Assembly: GCA_965649765.1 (NCBI GenBank)
Contig: OZ287751.1
Coordinates: forward strand, 11,842,001 to 11,906,000
Source: Bispira polyomma
Lineage: Eukaryota
Reading direction: 5' to 3'
DNA length: 64,000 nt
Shown here piece after piece: positions 55,247-64,000 of this stretch; positions within the stretch are counted from its first letter, which is position 1; each line of letters starts with the position of its first letter. The position numbers were made by a program, and so were the translations under genes. The notes below the pieces were generated by a model. The model saw only the letters and a program-made list of their open reading frames with translations, ran no database searches and had not been told where the DNA came from.

Positions 55247-56280
55247 AAAAAATATATATATTTCTTTCCAAGACATTTTAAGAAAATTGAAAAGCTGAAT
55301 ATGATACCCTGTACTGTCTATCAAATGTCAGCAAGTTGGGTATTTTTCGTTTTCATTGTTTTAAAGAAATTTGCTGTTTTGTATCACTTTACGTCCTTTA
55401 AATTAATAGTCACGAATGAAAGTGATATAAAAACCTAACAAAAAGTTTGAATGCTGGGAGTCGAACCAGGGACCGCCTGATTACCACCAGACCCATATCC
55501 AATATTTGGCTCTAATTCTGAAAAAGTTTGATAAACATTATTTGTATATGCCTCTAGAAGTTGGAACTATCTGTCCGGTTCTGATGACTTTTGCACACTT
55601 TTTCTATCACATACTAGCTTCTCCCAAAAACCCTTTCAGTCTAGATCGTCTTGTCTGGATTTTGTATAGTCCCATAATAAGGTTAACAGATCTAACAGAC
55701 AAAGGATGTTTTATTTAGGAAGGGTTTATTTGGTCAGAGGTTTATATATATATAATTATGTTAGAGATTAGGACATTGTTAAGTGGAAGAATTGGCAGTA
55801 CAGTGCATTTGTTACATTTCCTCTGGGGGAAGTTTCCTCTCAATGGCCTTGTTACTAGGGGTCTGTAAAAAGGGTCTGTATTCACGGTGTAACAGCAGCA
55901 ATTAAACGACAGCAACTAGACACCCTGGATGTTGAATACCTTTAACATGCTGTTTTTTGTACACTTTTTTTGTCTATTGCACAAAAACTTCAGTGGTTTT
56001 ATTTGTGCTACTCGATTGTAACTACACTTTCTGTACAAATATCTTCTAGCATTTTTAGTTAAAGCCCTGATGAGTGAAAGTTAGTTCACTTGAATTTCAC
56101 CTATAGTACAAAGTCTTTGTTCATTGAAAAACCTACCGAGGTAGATGGCGAATGACATCTTTCCGAATGTTTGCATTGAACAGTTAATTTTTTCTGGCCA
56201 CTAGAAAACAATTATTTTACAAATTTCAAAATGACACGATATGAGAATAATAATTGCTGTTAACACTAACTAGTGATTAA

Positions 56281-56475
56281 CTGGTGGTGTAGTGGTAACA
56301 CATTCGCCTCCCACCTCTGCCGCAGTTGGATTCGAATCTCTGGCATGCATCTGAAAACGTTGGCAGTAGACTTACTGAAGGTGATTGGTGTCCAGAGAAG
56401 AAAACCTTGATTAACTGCCCGTATGACATGACACAAGCATGTTTAAATACAACAATAAACCTCAAATAATCAAAT
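56281..56475 (+). mobile_element. tRNA-derived SINE copy
   Basis: A box TGGTGTAGTGG, B box GATTCGAATC, shared core and an (AATCA)-like tail. Confidence 0.65.
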
Positions 56476-57059
56476 CTAAGATATGGGAGAAGTTTAGTTA
56501 CGTATTAAATTATATGAATGGGTATAGATGTAGTTTGTTTTTTTTTTATTCCAAAGGCAAAGTTGAATCAATTAGGCTACAATAAATCTTTCCCGGGAAA
56601 ATTTACTAGGGGTGGGGGTGGGGTAAAAAATTCTGTTTTATCAAATCCTATCAGCGAATCCTATTTGCTCCGACAATGACTCAGCAATATATAGATATAT
56701 ATAGATATAAGAATATAAAAATAAGAAGTACATGTACTAAACATTTATATTTCTGTGGGTTATCAATTATGTATGGCTGTCTGTAATTTTACGTTTTTGC
56801 CCATTATAGAAGTTATGTTATACAGATTTCTTTGTGTCTGGGTATCTCACTACATTACCAAAAAATTAGGTCAGTGTGTTTATGGTAGCAGTGTAAAAAC
56901 CTTTTGGGAAAATCTTGATACAAAAACTTGTACTATTTCTTATTTATATTTTTGTCTAATTTTATTTATTTTTTTTTATAATATAGCTGACATATGTATA
57001 TACACCAGGCTGTCAGGATACATCATAGTGTACATCATTGGTTAATCATATATTTTTTT

Positions 57060-57405
57060 AGTTGAGTCCCTTTCAACAATTTAGGTCATATAACGACGGC
57101 CAGATTTACTGGGAGATTGATATATTGGGGTTTGACTTCTCTTTCAACACATTGCATAGTTCATATTATGACAGCCAGATTTACTTGTTGGGGAAAGCAG
57201 TGCATACTAGTTGGTCAAGATTCTGTCCTGCAGACGACCATGTAACTGTCACCTTTCCCACATAAAGCTGCAGCCCAGATATTTGAACCCACATTTTCAC
57301 ATTTAACAACTACACGATTTAATGTTGGAAGAAACTGACCTACAGCAAGTACCTGACCAACTTTCCTACATACAGGGATGTATGTATTACTAGGCCACCG
57401 CGACC
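57060..57405 (-). mobile_element. Cluster of SINE fragments
   Basis: Two adjacent tail copies (CTTTCAACA..TCATAT..CCAGATTTACT) plus core CTTTCCCACAT and the B-box complement TTTGAACCC. Confidence 0.5.
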
Positions 57406-57603
57406 CAGCGTTAATCTTTTGTTAATTAATTTTCTGTCTTGCACACATTAGAATCTGCTGTGTTCGATTAGATCTTAACCACTTTGTTGGTATTTAATAG
57501 TACTCTATTTACAGTCTGGATCTGCTATAATCAAAGGTACCAATTTTTTTTTTATTTAACAACATGAATCTATGTTACTACTAAAGCAACCAGAATTAAA
57601 GGA

Positions 57604-57635
<32 letters not shown>

Positions 57636-57637
<2 letters not shown>

Positions 57638-57840
57638 ATAGCACGACCCAATAGGGGTCTGCTACTTCAGTTCAACCAAGGAAAATTTATTACTACCTTA
57701 AGCCCTAGGGGCAAATTCGACAACTGTAGCATGATTCATCCAACCTGAACTGGCCAGCCAATTAGGGGCTTTCTCTCCCAAATTCTCCATTCCTGTACTA
57801 ATATCTTCCATTTTGGAAAAGGATTCAGCAGTATACACAC
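57636..57840 (+). repeat. Terminal direct repeat A1 of the YR retrotransposon
   Basis: 205 bp with 6 substitutions versus 63429-63633 by manual alignment. Immediately preceded by a poly-T run. Confidence 0.95.
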
Positions 57841-57974
57841 GTACATTTTATACAGCCCAGTTCATGTAGGCTCTGCTGAATCCAATTGTTTTTAGTATTT
57901 TAGTTTTTTATTCTATTGTTTGTTTTTAATATACTCTACTTTTTACGTGTTTGTGATATATATATTGTGGTAAA

Positions 57975-59228
57975 ATGGGGAGGACGTCTGAAAGGAAATT
58001 AACACACACTAAGAAGACCCCAGCTACTGAAGGCAGTAAGGCGACAAAGAAAGGTACAGCAAAGAAAAGCAGATTGGGTAAGAATACTCGTATTGACGAC
58101 AGTATCATAACTAACCCCAGTGGCCTCTTTGATCAGGCCGAGGCCGACCACGTGTCTCCATCTACCCGATCTCGGCTTACGAACCCCACCGGATCATCAC
58201 ACCGGGACAATGAAATGCTAACCATACTAAGGCGGCTTGAGGAATCTAACTCGCTACTCACCCATAGGTTGGATCGAGTAGAAGCCAGAGACTCGACTGC
58301 TCAGTCAGCATCTCCTTGCCTAAAGCCCACGCATTCCGCTCACCAGGTCGCGTTGGGTAACAACATCACGGCTCAGCCACACCTCTCAGCTCTAGGTTCC
58401 ATGACGAATCCTAGTCACTCGTATCCACAGGCACCGTTGGCGATCAGTACCACGGCTCAGCCACACACGTCAACAGCCAGCTCACTTAACCGGGTCGACT
58501 ACACTACTGATGCAATCGTTCCCAAAGCAGACATCCTGAAGACATTGCCAGACGTACAGGCAATGGTCAACGAGAGGCTAGCCGAGTACAACCTTCAGGT
58601 CCAGGCTGTATTTACCCAAGGTAAGGCTGCTCTCAGACAGAAGTTGGGGAGATTTAATACTACAGACATATCGAGTAGCAACCCGAAGACTAGGTGGGCA
58701 AACGAGGGGTGGACGGGTACTTCTTCGCGTAAACGACCACCTTATGATGAGTTGTCGCTTCCTCAGTGGACATCTGGCCAGTTGGCCAATGCTCTCCAGG
58801 TCACGGACCCTCTGGTCTCGAGAGAAATTATACAGCAGGTCGTTCTATCCCTCAGGGACGCCGCGTCACTACCATGGGAGGTCGTCCGAACGGCCTGGGC
58901 ATTAAACATGACCGAGATTGAAGAAGGTAGACTGTCCTGGGGGGACACAACGCAGTGGGCCCTCAACAGGCTCAGTGCTTCACAGCTAGCTATGGTAAAT
59001 TCTAAAACCACCAATGCCTCATCTACTCACGTCGGATCGACAGCCAAGGTCATTTGCAAATTGTATAACTCCGGAAAGTGTTCGCATAAAGCAGATCACA
59101 GCCAGTATAAGCATGTGTGTTGGCACTGTGCTACCATGCTTCACAAAGACGTGTACCACCCAGAATTTAAGTGTTATAAGTCCAACTCAGCTAAACAGGC
59201 AGAATCAGGCTCTTGTTCTACCCACTAG
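57975..59228 (+). CDS. Gag-like ORF1 of the YR retrotransposon (intact, 417 aa)
   Basis: Coiled-coil segment (ILRRLEESNSLLTHRLDRVE), core RPPYDELSLPQW...LPWEVVR...RLSWGD, and C-terminal Cys/His fingers CKLYNSGKC..H..YKHVCWHC...HPEFKC. Homologous to 47220-47758. Confidence 0.85.
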   Translation: MGRTSERKLTHTKKTPATEGSKATKKGTAKKSRLGKNTRIDDSIITNPSGLFDQAEADHVSPSTRSRLTNPTGSSHRDNEMLTILRRLEESNSLLTHRLDRVEARDSTAQSASPCLKPTHSAHQVALGNNITAQPHLSALGSMTNPSHSYPQAPLAISTTAQPHTSTASSLNRVDYTTDAIVPKADILKTLPDVQAMVNERLAEYNLQVQAVFTQGKAALRQKLGRFNTTDISSSNPKTRWANEGWTGTSSRKRPPYDELSLPQWTSGQLANALQVTDPLVSREIIQQVVLSLRDAASLPWEVVRTAWALNMTEIEEGRLSWGDTTQWALNRLSASQLAMVNSKTTNASSTHVGSTAKVICKLYNSGKCSHKADHSQYKHVCWHCATMLHKDVYHPEFKCYKSNSAKQAESGSCSTH

Positions 59229-60641
59229 GACATTGACCAACTACCAGGACTAGGGACATCTTGTCATAACAGTGAAAGTAAGAATAAGTTAGAAGTATAT
59301 GTAAAACAGAATTATGTAGACCAAGACATAACTAAAGTAGATAAGCATATGGTTTTATTGTTAAATAAGATGGAAAGTAATAATTCGAATATTTTTTCAA
59401 ACAAACCTACAAATGTTAATGTGAATGTATTGTCACATGGAAGTGAAAAAGTAAAAAATGTACACACTGTTAAACCGGCAATGTGTAAACCTAGCTTGTC
59501 AATTAGTACTGACAAAAAGAGCATTGATGATAGCTATATTGTAGTTAAAAATTATAATGTCATTAGATTGCCTAACAAGTTTGGAAAGGTAAAAAATTCA
59601 GGCACTGTTAAAACGGTAATGTGTGATCCTAGCTTAACAGTTAGTATTGACAAGAAGGTTAATAATAGTGAACCCATTGGGGTCAAGAAAGGGAATGTTC
59701 AGCAATATATCAGGGCCAGTGTACTGGACTCGAGTACCAGTACTAGAATGTATAGAGATGACAGATGTGGTCAATTCACCAAATTTGGGGGCGTTTCTAA
59801 ACATAAAGGTGATATTAGGATAAATGGCCTAGATAATTCACACACCGAAGTCCCTGTATTTCGGGGAAACAGAAATATTGGTGAACATTCAGAAAGAGAG
59901 AGTAAAAGAAATTTTACAATTAATGCTGGTTTATATAATGCCAGCAGTTATAATGCCAGGTATGGTACCCCAAATGGGGCAAAAGTAAAAGTTACCATCT
60001 CTACTACTAATTAGTTGTTTTGCATGCCTCACATCACACAAGGAGTGCCTGTGGTTTTTGTGCAGTCTGAGCTGCCACATGTTTCTGCTTTTTACACCTC
60101 ATGGGATGAGGACTTTGAAAAGATTTTCTACAAATGTAAGAACCCACCAACTGGGGTAATGTCAGTGACTAGCATAGTCACAACTCAAATAGCTTTGGCT
60201 AACTTAAGGGATAATTTTCAAAACAGAAATAATGTTGTAACAGTTACTGATGGTGACAAATGTAAAGCTAAGGATGCTTGGCATGATTTTCAAAAAGTAA
60301 TGTATTGCAAAAACAATTTTAAAAAAGGTTATACAGAATATGTAACAAATATCATTGATGAAATGTTGTTATACATAAATGTAAATAAAACATGTGTTGT
60401 CAGTAATGACAGACCAATGGAGGTCAAGGCAGTTCAAACCTGCCATAAAGGTAAAGTAGCGTCGTGCGATCTCTTCTTCCAAACTTCTGAACATTTTTCA
60501 CAAATTAACACAAGTGCCACCATAGTGAATAGGGATATTAATTTCCCCAACAAAACTAAGGGTTTCTTGGCAACCTCAGAAACCAAGTTTAGTTTTATAT
60601 GACCTGACAGGGCCCCCATACACATTACTTCAATTAAGGAA
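59229..60641 (+). pseudogene. Long AT-rich N-terminal part of ORF2 (pol), no recognisable domain, two in-frame stops
   Basis: Same frame as ORF1 and RT. Open except for TAG 60012-14 and TGA 60600-02. Runs into FSFI*PDRAP...PNYKGARIP. Confidence 0.55.
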
Positions 60642-61685
60642 ATGTCTGAAATAGCACAGATTATTAGGGATACGGGATGTCCCAATTATAAGGGAGCAAG
60701 GATCCCCCTTGTATCAGGTCTTAACACCAAAGCATGGGAGGAAGTCCTTTTATATTACCCAGATGAACTTTTACTACAATATATCAAGTTTGGTTTTCCC
60801 CTTTCACTTACCTGTTCAAAAGATTTGAAGATCAAGGATACCACCAATCACCACTCTGCACTTCAATTTAAGGACCACATAAGGCAATATTTAGAAAAAG
60901 AGAAACAGTGTGGGGCCATGTTAGGACCTAGTTTAGACATTAAGGATGAATTATTTCACTGTTCTCCACTGCTCACCAGACCTAAGGACAATTCCAAAAG
61001 GCGTGTAATTTTAAACTTGTCTCACCCCAGAGGGGAATCACTTAATGACAATGTAAATAGGAAACAATTCGACGGAGTGGATTTCACCTTAAAATTTCTC
61101 ACGATAGACGATATAGTAGAACAGATTCGTAAAACACATACTCCAAAGATCTTTAAACTCGACGTCGCGCGCGCTTTTAGAAATTTGAGGGTGGACTCAG
61201 TCGACGCCATGAAATTAGGAATCAAATTTGACGACCATAAGTACATTGATCTGGCAGTTGTGTTTGGCTGGGTCCACGGCTCGGCTGCTTTTCAGCATTG
61301 CTCGGACGTCATAGCACACATTATGGAGAAGCACAACCACAAGATCTTTTGTTATATCGACGATTATGTAGGCGTTTCTCCAGACTCAGAAGCAGAAGAA
61401 GCTTTTAACCAATTATATGAACTAGCTACCAAACTCGGTTTTCCGTTAAATCCAGAAAAAATTTCAAAACCAAGTTCAAAAGTCACCTGTCTTGGCATAG
61501 ATATCGACATTCAGGCAGGCACTATAAGTATTACTCCCGAGAAAATACAGGAAACATATAACCTCTGTTTAGAAATAGTTAACAAAGTTTGGATATCTAG
61601 AACTAAATTTCAATCAATATTGGGCAAATTGAGGATCCATAAATGTGTAAAGCCTGCTCGAATATTTTTGAATATTTCAGCATGA
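60642..61685 (+). pseudogene. DIRS-type reverse transcriptase domain
   Basis: SPLLTRPK..KRRVILNLSHP, FKLDVARAFRNL, FGWVHGSAAFQ, YIDDYVG, CLGIDID. A frameshift or deletion separates it from RNase H. Confidence 0.93.
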
Positions 61686-61686
61686 C

Positions 61687-62247
61687 ATGAAGGCTGACTT
61701 ATTATGGTTCGTACAATTTCTACCACGCTATAATGGTATTACGTTCATCGATCCGGTAATTGCTAAGCATAGGGACGAGGTTTTTATTGATGCATGCCTC
61801 ACTGGCCTAGGGGCCATCTACACCAATGAGGTTTTCCCTACCCCATTATACAATATCTATAATAGGGCTTTATCTATTGTGCATATCGAAATGCTTAACA
61901 TTCTATTAGCTTTAAGGGTCTGGGGTGAGCAGTGGAGTCATAGACGTATAATCATGAATTGGGACAACATGGCCGTTGTCCTGGTAGTTAGGTCCCATAA
62001 GACAAAAGACAATTTTTTTGCTTTATGTTCAAGGAATATCTGGCTAATCTCGGCTGTACATGATATTACAATCGAGATTCAGCACATTAAAGGTAAAGAC
62101 AATGTAATTGCTGACCTCCTTTCAAGACTTTTTTCTGAGCAACCCCCCCCCCCCCCCCCCCATAAGGGACAGTTGGAAATATTAAGGGATTCCTGTAAGT
62201 GGCACACCATTCCACTCCAGTACTTTAACCTAGACTTAAATATATAA
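61687..62247 (+). pseudogene. DIRS-type RNase H domain
   Basis: DLLWF, FIDACLTGLGA, IVHIEMLNI, WDNMAVV, IKGKDNVIADLLSR, giving the D-E-D-D catalytic pattern. Confidence 0.9.
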
Positions 62248-62253
62248 TTTCAG

Positions 62254-63230
62254 GATCAAACCACATCACACAGAGATTCACAGACTCAGCATGGCAGAGG
62301 ATCGACTGTGCTTTGCGTCTAAAGACTACACAGACTTACAATAGCCAGTTTAGAACCTTCATCTCATTTACTTGCTATGCTGGGATAAAAGAAATTACCA
62401 CACACTCACTGATTGCATTTCTAGAATATTTGGTACAAACAGGGGTTTCACCCAACATGGTTAATAACCATCTTGCAGCCATTAAACATATGGCCAAGAA
62501 GTTGTACTGGGATACAAAAATCTTTGAAAACAATACAGTGTCTATGTTTACTAGAAGCTTGACACATACATCACCATTTAGACCTTCACCAAAAGGAATT
62601 TTCCACATTGAACACTTATTACTGATCTCCAAAGCTTGTGATATTTTAAGAGACCCACCTCTATATAGGGCCATTTTCATGCTAGCTTTCTTTGGATTCT
62701 TGAGAATATCCAACATAGTCCCTCATTCGAGATCCAAATTTGATCCAACTCGTCACTTTCTAAGGAAAGATATAATTTTTGGCCACCCAGGTGCACACTT
62801 AATCTTGAAGTGGGCAAAGAATTTATAAATTAGATCACAGTTTCACATTATACAGATACCTTTACTGGACAACGTTTTACTGTGTCCAGTCAAGGCCATA
62901 CAGATATTATTGAAATCTAGACCTCTGTCACCTGATGCTCCACTTTTCATCAGTAGTACTTACCCACACCATCCAATTGTAGAAACATATGTGCATTCTG
63001 CACTAGCTTCAGTACTTACACATGTGGGAATTCCCACCAAATCACATAGTTTCCACACATTCAGAAGATCAGGGGCAACATATGCCTTTAATAATGTGTC
63101 ACTTCAAAACATCATGGCACACGGCCTCTGGAGGTCATCCGCAGTCTGGTCATATTTGCATCAGAATTCCCAAGCAACTTCTGCTGTCCCTCTCACTTTC
63201 GCCTCCTCTATACCTAAACTTCCTTCTTAG
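62254..63230 (+). pseudogene. Tyrosine recombinase (phage-integrase family) of the retrotransposon, one in-frame stop at 62826-62828
   Basis: FFGFLRISN (R), KWAK (K), HTFRRSGAT (HxxR), HGLWRSSAVWSY (W,Y). ORFs 62313 and 62910 share one frame. Confidence 0.92.
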
Positions 63231-63428
63231 TTTGGCATGGGTGATTTTAAAGTTACCTTGTATTATAAAAATTTATACCTATTTTACACGTACCTGTATA
63301 TAGATTTACTAACATGTACAGAATTTAAATAAATTCCTCAGACTATAGTTTCACTGTCTTCTGCTATACTTACCAGATTATCTTTCCACTACAACTTACC
63401 TTTTCTCCATTTTACCAAGTAGAACTGT

Positions 63429-63633
63429 GCATAGCACGACCCAATAGGGGTCTGCTACTTCAGTTCAACCAAGGAATATTTAATACTACCTTAAGCCCTA
63501 GGGGCAAATTCGACAACTGTAGCATGATTCATCCAACATGAACTGGCCAGCCAATTAGGGGCTTTCCCTCCCAAATTCTGCATTCCTGTCCTAATATCTT
63601 CCATTTTGGAAAAGGATTCAGCAGTATACACAC
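63429..63633 (+). repeat. Direct repeat A2 of the YR retrotransposon
   Basis: Copy of 57636-57840, located ~200 bp after the YR stop and after AATAAA at ~63328. Confidence 0.95.
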
Positions 63634-64000
63634 AAACATTTTCCACCTACCTCCCCTTAACCACATCATAAGTTATGATAAATAGGGTATTTTCTAAAAT
63701 TTTTAGTTAAAGGCACAGGTTATGGTGCTATAGTAAATGTTCATTTCCTAGCTATGGCCACTTTTGGTACTAAGCACATACTATGTTAAGAGGATGTCTG
63801 GTTGTGGACCCAAAAGGGCCCTGCTGAAAATCTTTGTAAGATAGGAAATCACTTAAATTTGGCTGGATTTGTGGGAGCTTTTTGAACTCGGAACTGTGTG
63901 GTGTTAGGTGTCCTTCCTCATAACCTACCCTCTGGTGTGGGCTACCAGGGGGGCAATGCTCCATGAGGTAGGACGTCTCACTGCTAGGCGAGTCAGTGCC

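Larger units (their letters stand above)
57636..63633 (+). mobile_element. Tyrosine-recombinase (DIRS-order) retrotransposon, Ngaro-like; near full length, decayed; 3' end may extend beyond 63633
   Basis: Order is gag-like ORF1, RT, RNase H, YR, all on the + strand. No methyltransferase between RH and YR. Flanked by 205-bp direct (not inverted) repeats. Confidence 0.92.

Noticed and set aside
55452-55495. tRNA gene on the minus strand (B box GGTTCGACTCC)
   Set aside because: Only the 3' half is tRNA-like, with no cloverleaf; probably a repeat fragment.
62254-63230. Phage integrase or prophage, or a Crypton DNA transposon
   Set aside because: Contiguous with DIRS-type RT/RH and gag, inside shared direct repeats.
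57636-63633. Conventional LTR retrotransposon
   Set aside because: No protease or DDE integrase, no PBS/PPT or TSD evident; it uses a YR.

Overview
AT-rich animal genomic DNA. The repeat content and gene style suggest a mollusc or other lophotrochozoan, which is inference only. One host gene is supported: a minus-strand RGK-family (Rad/Gem/Rem-like) small GTPase. Its four coding exons (44152-43054, 6231-6149, 4840-4651, 1645-1383; 544 aa) join through phase-compatible GT-AG introns, including one of about 36.8 kb. It has a ~330-aa His/Ser-rich N-terminal extension and a non-canonical P-loop (GSHGVGK-K). Upstream lie two tyrosine-recombinase (DIRS-order, Ngaro-like) retroelement sequences. The first is a near full-length, mildly decayed element (57636 to at least 63633) with gag-like ORF1, RT, RNase H, YR, no methyltransferase and 205-bp direct repeats. 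The second is the 5' part of a divergent relative, enclosed within the TIRs and CAG target-site duplication of a PIF/Harbinger-type non-autonomous DNA transposon (46165-48694). The most interesting signal concerns the YR reading frame, which has no ATG before its N-terminal domain. It is preceded by a splice acceptor exactly in phase with a donor inside ORF1, and that donor is conserved at the same codon and phase in the divergent copy, suggesting the recombinase is made as a spliced Gag(N)-YR fusion. The remainder is LINE fragments, tRNA-derived SINEs, MITEs, a tRNA-Ser pseudogene and tandem repeats. No prokaryotic systems or CRISPR arrays are present.
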